DNA of 55,186 nt, taken from a virus (lineage: Duplodnaviria > Caudoviricetes). The notes below the pieces were generated by a model that searched no databases, was not told where the DNA came from, and saw only the letters and a program-made list of their open reading frames with translations. Positions 28,287 to 38,914 of the stretch are shown piece after piece. Made by a program: the position numbers and the translations under genes. The stretch covers positions 1-55,186 of IMG/VR virus record IMGVR_UViG_3300030098_001384, one strand, 5' to 3'. How positions within the stretch are numbered: position 1 is the first letter of the stretch; each line of letters begins with the position of its first letter.

Positions 28287-30854
28287 CTATCTTGCTGTTG
28301 CGTATTTAAATGGGTTATGTGCCATTGCTAAAAATACATAAGTACCATTAGCATTAAAAGTTACATTTGAAGTACGCAGTTTGAATCCATTTGAAAGTAT
28401 ATCTATTGCTCTTGATGCTTGATTTTCTTCATCATAACTTTCATCTGCATATAAAACTGCATTACCAGAACCAGAATCATTATTTTGACCTATTCTTTTA
28501 TTATCATAAATACCCCAACTATCTACTGCTACTTCACGAAGTAACATCCATGCAGGTCTAAATCCTGTATAAACAAATACACCATCATTATCAGCATTTC
28601 CTGTGTATGTCCCTACTTTGATATATCCTTCTATATTTCTAAAACAATAATAAATATAGTCATTTGAATCTAACCAAGTATAATTATATTTAACGGTAAA
28701 TATAGAAGAATTAACAGTTCCCCAACGACCAGATAATTGATTATCAGTTGTATTTAATCGTAATCCATAACCACTTGATAATCCTTCAGACCAGTAAGTA
28801 TCCCAATTAGAAGCAGTATCTAAACTTTTAGCTAAAATACAATCTGGAGCTGCTGACATTCCATGCGTAACAGTTTTATCTCCAGAACCACCATCACCTG
28901 TTGCTTTAACAATACTAAAACCACCACTAGGATCTACTTGATGTATTGATGTTAAATCTCCAGAGCCAGAAGATGTTGTTCCACCATTTGCTCTCCATGA
29001 CCAACCAACATAAGTTCCTGTACCATTCATACCATCTGTATAATTAGTAGGATAAGTTGTATCTGTAGCAAATGTACTACCCATATCTCCATTACTAGAT
29101 TTATCTGCACTAGCAGTATTTTCATTTGATGCTAACATATAATTAGGACCTCTTATTGAATCTCTTACTACATGCCTTTGTGATGTACTTCTACTTTTTG
29201 TCCATACAACATCAGGTTTAAAACCTAATCCATGCGTTATTTGTACAACACCACTACTACTTAAAGTGCCAGTATACAAATTAGTACCAAATAATTTCTG
29301 TGGATAATCGTCATCAGTTTGTGCAGGATCAACTTCATCTGCTACAGATAAATTTGCTGTACATATTGCTGAATAACCAGATGGTACAGCACTATAAAAA
29401 TTACCATAACCATTAGCATCACTATTTCCACCTGCTGTTTTTTCTCCAGCAAAAGTGCCATCTTGTCCAAAATTCATTGTTATTACTGGTGCACTTCCTC
29501 CAGTTGGAGCTGATAAAGGAACCATTCCTGAAGTATATTCACTTGCTGGTGTCCATGTTGCACCTGCTCCAGTTCTACTAGCACCAGAAGTAGGATCACC
29601 TTGAGAACCTCCATCTATTGTTTGGAATGTTCCATTTTTACTAACATAAAAAGCACCATTATCCATGTCAACAGCAATACCCATAACATCACCATTAGAA
29701 CCTCTTGAACCACTATATGTTCCAGATATAGATGTATCTTTATAAACTTTATTGGTATTATTTCCATATACAATGCTACCAGTAGAACCATCACTACCAC
29801 CATCAGCAAAAGTATATTCATTTGGGTCCATTATACCAGCAGCAGGAGAATAATCTCCAGTTCCTCCACCAGCATTTATTAAATATTCAAAATACCATTT
29901 TCCAGATGCAGGTACTTTATGAGTACAACCACAATAAGCATCAGCACTACCACTATAACTATGTTTTAAATTACCTTCGCTTAATACTCCATAAGAAGCA
30001 TCAGATGTTTGATCTCCTCTATATACTGAATTTATAGTACAAAAATTACCACCATTAGAACTAGAGTTGAAGGTAGGACTATCTAGCATTTGATCGTGTG
30101 TTGCTACTGAATTATTTGTCCAATCATTATTATTACCTGAACTATCATTTCCAAGATCAGAACTTGATTCAAAACGTACCCATGTTCCAGTAGTTCCCCA
30201 TGTTAATTCTGATAAATCATCTGGAATCCACACACCATTTTTACTTGTACCAAATGAAGTAGGAGCAAGTTGTGATCCATCTACTAGAGCAAAATTTGCC
30301 ATATAAAAATTACCTATAGTTGTATAAGATGCTCCTGTAAATCTTCCTAAAGCATGTTCTCTACTATTACACCAACCACCTTGATAATCTTGTGAAGGAT
30401 ATGTTTCTGTACTAAAATCAGTTTCTTGTTCTCCATTAATATAAAGTTTAACTCTATTAGCAGCAGTACCTTGAGTTGTATCTACAGCACATACTATATG
30501 CATCCAAGCACTTGTATCTCTAAAAACTCTAGTAGTAATTAAATTTCCAGATACAGTTCCTTTAAAAGCTATTTGTAAATTACCAGTAGAAGAAAATCTT
30601 ATAGAATCTGTATAATTAGTTGTTGAACTTTCTTGAGCATTACATAGTACATCAAAATCAGAAGTTGTTGGAACATGTCTTTTAACCCAAAAAGAAATTG
30701 TATATGTTTTTCTATTTCCTGCACCACTAGGAGTTCTAGTAAAGTAACCAACTCCTGTCATAAACCTAACACTATTAGCTATTTGATACTCATAAAAATC
30801 TGCTGCACCTGCTGCAGATTTAAACATATAAGGATTAGAGAGAGGTCCACTCAT
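28287..30854 (-). CDS. Tail/receptor-binding protein with LamG (ConA-like) and SPRY-like domains
   Basis: TISFWVKR, FRDTSAWMHIV, GKWYFE, HGLGFKPD, YTGFRPAW. Confidence 0.75.
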   Translation of the reverse strand: MSGPLSNPYMFKSAAGAADFYEYQIANSVRFMTGVGYFTRTPSGAGNRKTYTISFWVKRHVPTTSDFDVLCNAQESSTTNYTDSIRFSSTGNLQIAFKGTVSGNLITTRVFRDTSAWMHIVCAVDTTQGTAANRVKLYINGEQETDFSTETYPSQDYQGGWCNSREHALGRFTGASYTTIGNFYMANFALVDGSQLAPTSFGTSKNGVWIPDDLSELTWGTTGTWVRFESSSDLGNDSSGNNNDWTNNSVATHDQMLDSPTFNSSSNGGNFCTINSVYRGDQTSDASYGVLSEGNLKHSYSGSADAYCGCTHKVPASGKWYFEYLINAGGGTGDYSPAAGIMDPNEYTFADGGSDGSTGSIVYGNNTNKVYKDTSISGTYSGSRGSNGDVMGIAVDMDNGAFYVSKNGTFQTIDGGSQGDPTSGASRTGAGATWTPASEYTSGMVPLSAPTGGSAPVITMNFGQDGTFAGEKTAGGNSDANGYGNFYSAVPSGYSAICTANLSVADEVDPAQTDDDYPQKLFGTNLYTGTLSSSGVVQITHGLGFKPDVVWTKSRSTSQRHVVRDSIRGPNYMLASNENTASADKSSNGDMGSTFATDTTYPTNYTDGMNGTGTYVGWSWRANGGTTSSGSGDLTSIHQVDPSGGFSIVKATGDGGSGDKTVTHGMSAAPDCILAKSLDTASNWDTYWSEGLSSGYGLRLNTTDNQLSGRWGTVNSSIFTVKYNYTWLDSNDYIYYCFRNIEGYIKVGTYTGNADNDGVFVYTGFRPAWMLLREVAVDSWGIYDNKRIGQNNDSGSGNAVLYADESYDEENQASRAIDILSNGFKLRTSNVTFNANGTYVFLAMAHNPFKYATAR

Positions 30855-30872
30855 AAATTACTTACTCCGTTA

Positions 30873-33512
30873 CTATGAAGGTGTTGCAAATGCTAATTGA
30901 GGTGCTCCTAATAATATACTATTTGAAGCATCTACGAAATATGGGATAACATCAACAGCACTAGCAGCTGTAGATATTGTTCCGGCTGTTCCTGCAGGCC
31001 ATTCATAATCAGTGCCTGTTGATAAAGTCCTACTACCTGTACCATCTTGTATTAACACAATTACACCACTTTGTCCAACACTTTCTGTGCTTGGATTAGC
31101 TAAAGTTACATTTCCTGTTGCTGTTAGTACAAAGTTTTGATAGGTGTCAAAGTCTAATGTTGTACTTCCACTAGCATTAGCTGTTTGTGTAGCTCCTACA
31201 GCACCAGCACCAAAGATTGATTTACCAGCAGCAGACATGTCCATTGTTAAGGCTGTTACAGCACTACCACCGTCATCACCTTTGAATATAATGTCTTTGT
31301 CTTGTACACTAGCAGTTATTACAGCATCAGAAGAGCTGTTGCTAAAGTCAAGTATTGATGTACCGGCTGATTTAAATGTTACGTTATTGCCAGCAGCATC
31401 AAGTACAATGTCTGCTCCAGAATCTAATGTTACAGTAGTACCAGCAAGTTCAGCAGTACCATCTGCTGTTATTTGTATGTTACCTGCAGCAGCAGCTGTG
31501 TCGGTTGTTTCTATTGTTAGTGTACCGTTTGTGCCTACAGTAAATACAGCAGTATCATCTGTAGATCCTGTCATAGTCATAACTTTACCGTTAATAGCTA
31601 CATCATCTACAGTCAATGCTGTTAGTGTGCCTAAACTTGTTATGTTAGCTTGTGCAGCAGTAGACAGTGTACCGGCTATATTGCCACCTGATACGTTGAT
31701 ACCTGCACTAAATACAGGTATTTGATTCATGGTTACTACACCATCTGAAGCTATAGCTATTGCATCGGCATCAGAAGCAGAACCAATTTGTCCACCGTCT
31801 GCTATTCTTATATCATGGTTAAATACAGCTGTACCCCCGTCACTACCATCTAGTGTTAAGAAAGTAGTATCTGCACCACCGTCAGTTCCTTTGAAAATGA
31901 TGTCTGTATCATTGCCCTGTGCATCTATAGTTATGTCACCGGCAGAAGTTGCAATAGTTACAGCAGCATCACCAGTAGATAGATCATCAGCTGCAAGACT
32001 AGATACAGATTGAGCACCCCAAGATATGTCTGTTCCGTCAGATTTTAATACCTGTCCATTTGAACCTAGAGCAAGAGCAGCTGGATTACCACTTGAATCT
32101 CCATAGATAATCTTACCTCTTGCAAGACCTGCCATCTTTGCCAATGTAACTTGATCATCAGCAATATGTGCTGTATCTATAGAACCATCAGCATAATGTT
32201 GTGAATCAATAGCATCGTTAGCAATTGTCAAAGCACCATTTGTTGCTATAGAAGCATCTCCAGAAATTACAACAGGATTAAAGTTTGTTCCATCAGCAAT
32301 TAAAGCAGCACCACTTGTATTTGTACCCATAGTAATGTCATCACCGGTAACTGTTAAGTCTCCACCTACTGTTACATCACTGTTAAAAATTGCTTTTCCA
32401 GCTTCACTCATATCTAATGTTAAAGCTGTAATATCTGAACTGCTGTCTGTTCCTTTAAATATAATATCTGCATCACCAGCTTGAGCATCTATAGTTATAT
32501 TACCAGAAGATGTTGCGATTGTTACAGCAGAATCACCAGTAGCTATGTCATCTGCAGCAACAGCAGCACTTACATAAGAGTTAATTTGAGAAGCATTGAT
32601 ATATTTTGTTGTACCACCGTCATCTATTAAAAACTTATCAGTGTCAGCAATAGTAATGCTTGTACCATCTGTACCACTATCAATTTGAATAGCACCACCT
32701 GCAACTTTATCTGCTGTACTAATTGTAGATAATTTACTATCAGCAATTGATCCTGCTAACATAGAATTTTCTACTGAGGTTGCAGCAATTGTTACTGCTC
32801 CAGTAGAAGCCATTGTAACATCTCCAGATATTGCAACTGGATTATAATTTGTACCATCTGCAACTAATATATATCCTGAAGTATTAGTACCCATTGTTAA
32901 ATCATCACCAGAAATTGTTAAATCTCCAGTTACAACTACATTACCACCAAATGTAGCTTTACCAGCATCTGACATATCAAAAGTTAAAGCTGTAACATCA
33001 GAGCCACCATCATTACCTTTAATATATAAATCTTTATCTGATACTTTAGTTTGTATTGTAACGTCACTAGATGAGTTAAATATACGAAGAACTTCTGTAC
33101 CATCGTCTTCATAAATAATACCACTTCCTGCTGTACCTGCATCAAGTGTAATACCACCAGCTGATTCTAAATTAATAGAGTCAACTGCTGTACCATCTGA
33201 TACAATATCTAAATCTCCATCTGCATTAGAATAGATGTATGTTCCAGTATCATTAAACATTAATTTTTCGGTACTATTTAATAACATATCATCAGAAAAT
33301 TTAAAGTAATCTTCGTCTTCCATCCATGTAATAACACCATCTGCTGATTCTCCATCAAATGTCATTACAATGTCTGTGCCAGATGTTCCTACCCCAAATG
33401 TTGGTGCAAGGAATGCTGAAGCTAACTGGTCAAATTCAGCATTTAAATCTGATGCTTCAATTGTACCACCATCTACTATTCCTGATGAACTCTGCCTAGT
33501 ATAAACAGCCAT
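30873..33512 (-). CDS. Tail fibre protein with internal repeats
   Basis: N-terminal YTRQSS...NAEFDQL anchor; duplicated D/T/G-rich modules; C-terminal IQDGTGSRTL. Confidence 0.8.
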   Translation of the reverse strand: MAVYTRQSSSGIVDGGTIEASDLNAEFDQLASAFLAPTFGVGTSGTDIVMTFDGESADGVITWMEDEDYFKFSDDMLLNSTEKLMFNDTGTYIYSNADGDLDIVSDGTAVDSINLESAGGITLDAGTAGSGIIYEDDGTEVLRIFNSSSDVTIQTKVSDKDLYIKGNDGGSDVTALTFDMSDAGKATFGGNVVVTGDLTISGDDLTMGTNTSGYILVADGTNYNPVAISGDVTMASTGAVTIAATSVENSMLAGSIADSKLSTISTADKVAGGAIQIDSGTDGTSITIADTDKFLIDDGGTTKYINASQINSYVSAAVAADDIATGDSAVTIATSSGNITIDAQAGDADIIFKGTDSSSDITALTLDMSEAGKAIFNSDVTVGGDLTVTGDDITMGTNTSGAALIADGTNFNPVVISGDASIATNGALTIANDAIDSQHYADGSIDTAHIADDQVTLAKMAGLARGKIIYGDSSGNPAALALGSNGQVLKSDGTDISWGAQSVSSLAADDLSTGDAAVTIATSAGDITIDAQGNDTDIIFKGTDGGADTTFLTLDGSDGGTAVFNHDIRIADGGQIGSASDADAIAIASDGVVTMNQIPVFSAGINVSGGNIAGTLSTAAQANITSLGTLTALTVDDVAINGKVMTMTGSTDDTAVFTVGTNGTLTIETTDTAAAAGNIQITADGTAELAGTTVTLDSGADIVLDAAGNNVTFKSAGTSILDFSNSSSDAVITASVQDKDIIFKGDDGGSAVTALTMDMSAAGKSIFGAGAVGATQTANASGSTTLDFDTYQNFVLTATGNVTLANPSTESVGQSGVIVLIQDGTGSRTLSTGTDYEWPAGTAGTISTAASAVDVIPYFVDASNSILLGAPQLAFATPS

Positions 33513-35051
33513 CTATCTTCTCCCTCCCGGTGTAAATTCTAGTTCAAAACCTTTTATAGAAAAAGGAATGTTACTACTTGTATCTGTTATCTTTAATGCT
33601 ACAGCAAAGCCAGAGCCTTCTACAGCTTGTCTCGTTATAGGTAAATCTCCTTGTCCGTATGCTGAAGTACCGTATATACCAGCACCATAATTAGCACCAC
33701 TACCAGATGTTGTTAAAGTAAATACACTTGGCTGTGGTGTTTCTATATCATCATAATTATATTTTAAATACATATTTGCACTAACTTCACCCTCTGGCTT
33801 CCAATTAAGATTTACTCTTTGCATATTTTTTCTAACACCCGGATCTCCCATTGTTATGTCTGGTGATCGGTATGTTGCATCAATATTTGATGTTCCCCCA
33901 GCTCTTGTCCATACATTACCCGAATCTTGTTTGTAAATATATCCATCATACCCACCATGTATAACTGTTTCAACATTACTTATATAATCAGAATCACAGC
34001 AAGATACTTTTAAACCTTTTATATCAGCATACTCAAATCCCATTTGCTGTGAATTTGGATTAATTTTAATTGTGGCAATTAATCCTTTTTGTGATCCTTC
34101 TAAACCTCCTGTTACAGGATAGAACAAACGATACTGTGATTTATCTCTTATTACCAAACTGGTAACATTATCGTAAGTGATGTCATTAATTCTGTCTTGG
34201 ACCTGCTTAGATACAGTTCCAAGTTCCACGTCACCGATTCGTGTAGTACCAGCAATTGTTCTAATTCCGTCAGCAGATAAGAATATAATGTCACCACCAA
34301 GCTCCTGTATTGAATGATTTGCAATAGCACCCACATTTTTAGCAACTTCAGCTAATGCAAAGTTACTTGAACTGGTACCTGTTATTTTATAAATTCGTGT
34401 TTGGCAAAATATAAAAAGCTCGTCACGGAAAACTTTAAGACCTGTAACTACGTCACCAACTTTTATTTCACCAGCATTTGTATCAAAATCATCTTCTGTA
34501 AATGGCCCAGAAAATATTATAGAATGTGTAGAATTAGACATGCCACCGTAGAACATATGGTTAGCAAAAGATTTTACATATTTTGGATTAGTCGGGGCTG
34601 TACCTCCACCGGTAGCATTTATTATATCTTCACTGTAGCTTGTGTCAAGTGTAAAAGCTGCAGCTGCTCCAGTAGCAATGATTATTTTATCTGTACCGTT
34701 ATAATTATATTTATCAAAATCATATGTGTAAGTTGTGCCTTTACTTGTAGCTCTACTTGTCCAACTACCACTTGTTGTTCCTGTGTATACCGTACCTCCT
34801 CGTGCTGCTACAATTACATCATTAAATATTGCAGACATCAAAACTCTTTCATCAGCAGAAGATACTTGAGGTACAATAGTTGAATTATATTTTGTTGTAC
34901 CATTAAGTCTTCTATAACCACCTGTTATATCAGGCTCAAAATTAGATAGTTGTAATGCTTCACCCGGATGCATGGTAAACACATCTTTATTAAGTATTAG
35001 TCCACCAGCACAACTGGCAGTAAACGGTTTTGTATAAGAAGTATCAGGCAT
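33513..35051 (-). CDS. Tail tubular/nozzle (DNA stabilisation) protein
   Basis: NFEPDITGGYRR; beta-rich; position after adaptor. Confidence 0.7.
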   Translation of the reverse strand: MPDTSYTKPFTASCAGGLILNKDVFTMHPGEALQLSNFEPDITGGYRRLNGTTKYNSTIVPQVSSADERVLMSAIFNDVIVAARGGTVYTGTTSGSWTSRATSKGTTYTYDFDKYNYNGTDKIIIATGAAAAFTLDTSYSEDIINATGGGTAPTNPKYVKSFANHMFYGGMSNSTHSIIFSGPFTEDDFDTNAGEIKVGDVVTGLKVFRDELFIFCQTRIYKITGTSSSNFALAEVAKNVGAIANHSIQELGGDIIFLSADGIRTIAGTTRIGDVELGTVSKQVQDRINDITYDNVTSLVIRDKSQYRLFYPVTGGLEGSQKGLIATIKINPNSQQMGFEYADIKGLKVSCCDSDYISNVETVIHGGYDGYIYKQDSGNVWTRAGGTSNIDATYRSPDITMGDPGVRKNMQRVNLNWKPEGEVSANMYLKYNYDDIETPQPSVFTLTTSGSGANYGAGIYGTSAYGQGDLPITRQAVEGSGFAVALKITDTSSNIPFSIKGFELEFTPGGRR

Positions 35052-36140
35052 TTATATTCTTGTATCCCTCATATAAGATTTTATATTTATGTATTCTGTG
35101 CGTAAAATCTGTATTTGATTTTTATATTCTTCGTAAGCCATTTGAGCAGCTTGTGGATCAGAACGAAGTACATAAGCATAATATTTAGCTCTAGTCGTAA
35201 TAACATCTTTAAATCTATCATCTAAATCTATAGTATCTCCATGTGCAGATAAATCTGTATGAATTTTCCAATATTCATATTGTATTTCATAATTACTTTG
35301 ATCTGGTACAGGAGATAAGCCAAATTTTTTATCTTGTGTAGGATAAACGTAGTCTGGCATTCCTTGTGAAGATTCGGAGTTAGTTAAATCTTTTTCTAAA
35401 TAATTCTTATTCCAATCATCGTAGGAAATATATGTTAATTTTTTTACTGGTATATTTTCAGATATTCTTACATAGTCTACATCTAATTGTACCCCAGATC
35501 CAGTTTCAAAATAAATATATGTAGTTTGTGCTGTTGCAGTAAATGTTGTATCTAAAATAGCACCTTCCCCAAAATCACTTACAGATTTTGTTGTATCTAA
35601 AACTTCTCCTCCACTTGCTGTAGTTCCTACTTTTATAGCTAAAGTACTATCTGAACTATTAGGACTCATAACTCTAACTTGTAATTTATATACTTTATTT
35701 TTCACTGTTGAAATAGATTGATACGCTGCTGCATCATTTAAATTTAGTCTACCATTACCACTGCTAGTATAAGATGGAGAACCATCACCTGTAGTCCATC
35801 CAGTTATATTAGATGTAAACTCTCCGTTTGTTACTAGCTCTTTTGGTACAAGCCTAAATGTATCCCAATCTATTTTTCTGTAAGCTAAATCTCCTGATTG
35901 TGGAGAATTAGAAGAAGGCAAAGCATATGTTCTCTGTCCAGTAGTTGTAATTTGTTTAGTGGCTTTATACAAATCAGGAATTTCAGATAATGAATTATAC
36001 ACTTCATGCATAGCTTTTATCACAAATTTCTTTACAGATGTTTGTATACCTCTGCTACTAGAAAACGTAGAAGATGTTAATTCTGCTTCGTTTAATTCGT
36101 TTAATACATTATTTACTAATGTTAGGTATGTGGTTGCCAT
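35052..36140 (-). CDS. Head-tail adaptor / tail tubular protein A with inserted CBM-like domain
   Basis: MATTYLTLVNNVLNELNE start; ELVTNGEFTSNITGWT insertion. Confidence 0.7.
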   Translation of the reverse strand: MATTYLTLVNNVLNELNEAELTSSTFSSSRGIQTSVKKFVIKAMHEVYNSLSEIPDLYKATKQITTTGQRTYALPSSNSPQSGDLAYRKIDWDTFRLVPKELVTNGEFTSNITGWTTGDGSPSYTSSGNGRLNLNDAAAYQSISTVKNKVYKLQVRVMSPNSSDSTLAIKVGTTASGGEVLDTTKSVSDFGEGAILDTTFTATAQTTYIYFETGSGVQLDVDYVRISENIPVKKLTYISYDDWNKNYLEKDLTNSESSQGMPDYVYPTQDKKFGLSPVPDQSNYEIQYEYWKIHTDLSAHGDTIDLDDRFKDVITTRAKYYAYVLRSDPQAAQMAYEEYKNQIQILRTEYINIKSYMRDTRI

Positions 36141-36153
36141 TTAACAATCCTAT

Positions 36154-36327
36154 TTAATCTTTTGTTATATCTGCATCTAATTTTTTTAATATTAAATTTA
36201 AACTTTGTTCTATTGAACGTAATCTAAGTTCGGTAGTATTTACAACTGGTTTAGGCATATCCTTAGGATAAGTTTTTGTTGTAACCAATTTTTCTCGTGC
36301 TTTTGAACCTATTTTATGTACTGTCAT
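36154..36327 (-). CDS. Small hypothetical protein (57 aa, not in track)
   Basis: MTVHKIGSKAREKLV...RLRSIEQSLNLILKKL. Confidence 0.55.
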   Translation of the reverse strand: MTVHKIGSKAREKLVTTKTYPKDMPKPVVNTTELRLRSIEQSLNLILKKLDADITKD

Positions 36328-36342
36328 AATTTTCTTTCTTTA

Positions 36343-36375
36343 TAAAAGGCAGGGGAGTTTTTAACCTCCCCCACC
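36343..36375 (-). terminator. Rho-independent terminator after capsid genes
   Basis: GGTGGGGGAG...CTCCCCTGCC followed by TTTT. Confidence 0.75.
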
Positions 36376-36383
36376 AGATAGCA

Positions 36384-36857
36384 TTAAGTAGCAAAAGTTA
36401 CATTTTGTGATTCATTATCACCATGTCCATCACAGTCTGCCACGACTGCAAATACTCTTACCACGCAGTTTACTGATCCTGTTGCATTAGTAAGATCAAT
36501 AGTATCAGCTGCTGCATAATATGCATAGCCTATTGAGGTTGTCCCTAGACTGGAATCTCCAGCTCTAGCTCTAGTTGTTTCTATTCCTGCAGTAGCTGTA
36601 GATGCAGAAACATATCTGTCTACATCAGCTCCATCTCCAAGAGATAAAGTACCGGAGTTTCCAGCACTGTCTGCAGTTAAAACATCATACCCTGCGTATA
36701 AAACTAATGAATTAGCTGGAAGTTCTATAACTTGCACAACATCATTAGTTGTTATTGTAAATTCGCTAAAGTCTACGATTTCACTATAGACTTTAACGGT
36801 AGGTGCATTGGCCGAATGACCAGTTGACCCACCACCTGTTATGGTCCATGTTGCCAT
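36384..36857 (-). CDS. Capsid-associated (decoration) protein
   Basis: Directly after the major capsid gene, before the terminator; beta-rich. Confidence 0.6.
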   Translation of the reverse strand: MATWTITGGGSTGHSANAPTVKVYSEIVDFSEFTITTNDVVQVIELPANSLVLYAGYDVLTADSAGNSGTLSLGDGADVDRYVSASTATAGIETTRARAGDSSLGTTSIGYAYYAAADTIDLTNATGSVNCVVRVFAVVADCDGHGDNESQNVTFAT

Positions 36858-36872
36858 TAATCATTCCTCCAA

Positions 36873-37844
36873 TTATGAGTTAAAGTCTGCGACACCTGCG
36901 AACACGCCTTTAAAGCCTGATCCAGATCCACGCAATACTTTTCTACCAAATACATGAAGTCCACGTACTATGTCAGCAAAACTATCTGGATCACGTATTA
37001 CTTCAGTTTTAGCAATATGTGAAGCAGTTGCTACTGCAGACATATGTCCAAATAGAACATACATCTCACCAGATGTTGATGATGGTCCAAAAGTCGCAGC
37101 TGCTGCTGTTCCTGCTGAACCTACTACCATAGTATTGGATTGATATAAATCAAATCCATGTATTTTTCTATCAGTTATTCTTCCGTTCATCAAAGCGGAT
37201 TGGTTACCTGTAGCTGATGCATCCAATATTGCAGGTGTTCCAGCTGCGTCAGTTTTTGCCAATCTGATTTGTGTCCAGAATTGTGGTGGTGCTACACACC
37301 AACGATTTTCTTCAGGTACATCATTCTCATCAAGAATTTGTTGAGCTGTACTTAGCATGTTTAATGCTTCGTTTACCGCATTGATAGAAACTGCAGATCC
37401 AGCAGTACCTAAATTACTATCGGTAGCTGCGTTATCAGCAATTGCTTTAAGAACATTGTAGTCATAGTTCTTTTTCAATGCGTATGCACCAGAAGAAGTA
37501 GCGAGAGCCTCCCAATTAGTGTGTGCTTGTCTCTCCTCAATGTCATCAACTTTAAATGCAAAGTAATTTCCTTGATCAACAGTTAATTGAATTTGATCAT
37601 CGGAAAGTTCTTGTGTATTTACAGATGTGCCACGAGCATAAGAAGCAACAGTAATGGTAGGTTCTTTTAGTATATTTACAGTATCACCAAAATTCTCAAT
37701 TTCGCCAGCGTAATCGGTATTTGTAATAGCTTCAGCAACCGATGCCCTACGGAAATATTTAAGAACTTTTTGACTGTATATAGCTGGGGCCCAATTTCCT
37801 TTTGCAAGGTTATTATAACCACCAGCTCTTGACATAGTAGCCAT
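36873..37844 (-). CDS. Major capsid protein
   Basis: PAIYSQKVLKYFRRASV...ITNTDYAGEIENFGDTV, RDPDSFADIVRGLHVFGRKVLR. Confidence 0.9.
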   Translation of the reverse strand: MATMSRAGGYNNLAKGNWAPAIYSQKVLKYFRRASVAEAITNTDYAGEIENFGDTVNILKEPTITVASYARGTSVNTQELSDDQIQLTVDQGNYFAFKVDDIEERQAHTNWEALATSSGAYALKKNYDYNVLKAIADNAATDSNLGTAGSAVSINAVNEALNMLSTAQQILDENDVPEENRWCVAPPQFWTQIRLAKTDAAGTPAILDASATGNQSALMNGRITDRKIHGFDLYQSNTMVVGSAGTAAAATFGPSSTSGEMYVLFGHMSAVATASHIAKTEVIRDPDSFADIVRGLHVFGRKVLRGSGSGFKGVFAGVADFNS

Positions 37845-37867
37845 ACTATAGTCCTCCCTAGTTTAAG

Positions 37868-38803
37868 TTATGCCTCAAAATCAATACGGCCCTCTTTTTG
37901 AGCAGCATCAATTTCAGCTTCGTTTTTTTCAAATTCCCAAGGTTTCATATGTTGTATTTCAGACATTTTCCATATTCTTCCATCACCACCAACATTAATA
38001 CTTGCTGGATTTGATGTTGTTTTGGACACTGCCTGAGCTGCATCAGATTTCCTCTTGGAAGCTCTTTTTGTTGACGAAATACCCACATCGGCTTTGTATA
38101 AATCAACAGTGCGAATTGCCCATCTAGGATCGGTATTGTTTTTACGAATACCATCAGCTATACTGGCAGGTTGTTCCTCAAGCCATGCTAAAAATTCAGG
38201 AGTAGCCTTGATTTCATTAAAATCAGGGTGGGCTGAAGTTAGCTGCTTATATGCAGACTGAACAATTAACTTTTGCTCTTTTTCGGTAAGTTCAGAGATC
38301 TTAGCCTTTAGATCAGCAGTTTGTTGGTCAGCCATTTTATGTGAAATAGTTTCTACAACTTGATATACGTCTGGGTATTTTTCTCTAAATTGCTCTAACT
38401 CTTCTATAGTCTTTGGAGGAGTATAAGCTTCTCGTTTACTTTCAGCAACTTTTGTTTGAGCTTCCAAAGTTTCTTTTTCTTGTTTCCACTCATTTAGTTT
38501 CTGATCATAATACTTTTTTAAATCATCATACCTTTTCTTAAAATCATGTTCGGCTTTAGGTTCTCTGTAATCACCGACTTTTTCAGTAGGAACTTCCTCA
38601 CTATTAGGAACTGCACTCATATTATTTGAATCCATAAAACCTTGAGGCTCTTGCTGGGTAGCTTCTTCAGTGCCAGCAGCTTCTTGTTCTTCTGGATCGT
38701 CTTTGTATACATCGTCTTTATAAGCTCCTTGATACATCTTTTCTCTTGCATCATCTTTGATGGGTGTATCAGGTTTATTTGTAGTCTTCAGTTTTTTCGT
38801 CAT
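37868..38803 (-). CDS. Capsid scaffolding protein (start likely ATG 38803)
   Basis: HDFKKRYDDLKKYYD coiled coil, C-terminal EGRI; directly upstream of MCP. Confidence 0.75.
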   Translation of the reverse strand: MTKKLKTTNKPDTPIKDDAREKMYQGAYKDDVYKDDPEEQEAAGTEEATQQEPQGFMDSNNMSAVPNSEEVPTEKVGDYREPKAEHDFKKRYDDLKKYYDQKLNEWKQEKETLEAQTKVAESKREAYTPPKTIEELEQFREKYPDVYQVVETISHKMADQQTADLKAKISELTEKEQKLIVQSAYKQLTSAHPDFNEIKATPEFLAWLEEQPASIADGIRKNNTDPRWAIRTVDLYKADVGISSTKRASKRKSDAAQAVSKTTSNPASINVGGDGRIWKMSEIQHMKPWEFEKNEAEIDAAQKEGRIDFEA

Positions 38804-38817
38804 GTTCTTCTCTCCAT

Positions 38818-38887
38818 GTGGGGCCTTTTCTAGGGTAGCCACTTCGGTTGTTGTATGTAGGTGCCATTGAAGAAATGGGTAGCCTAC
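38818..38887 (-). promoter_or_regulatory. Tandem RNA hairpins in scaffold 5' UTR
   Basis: Two hairpins sharing a GG-CUAC-CC...GG-C(A/C)-CC architecture. Confidence 0.55.
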
Positions 38888-38914
38888 GCTATATTTAGTC
38901 CTAAGACTAAAACT

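Noticed and set aside
31144-32013. Plus-strand ORFs opposite the tail fibre
   Set aside because: Antisense in-frame shadows caused by codon bias
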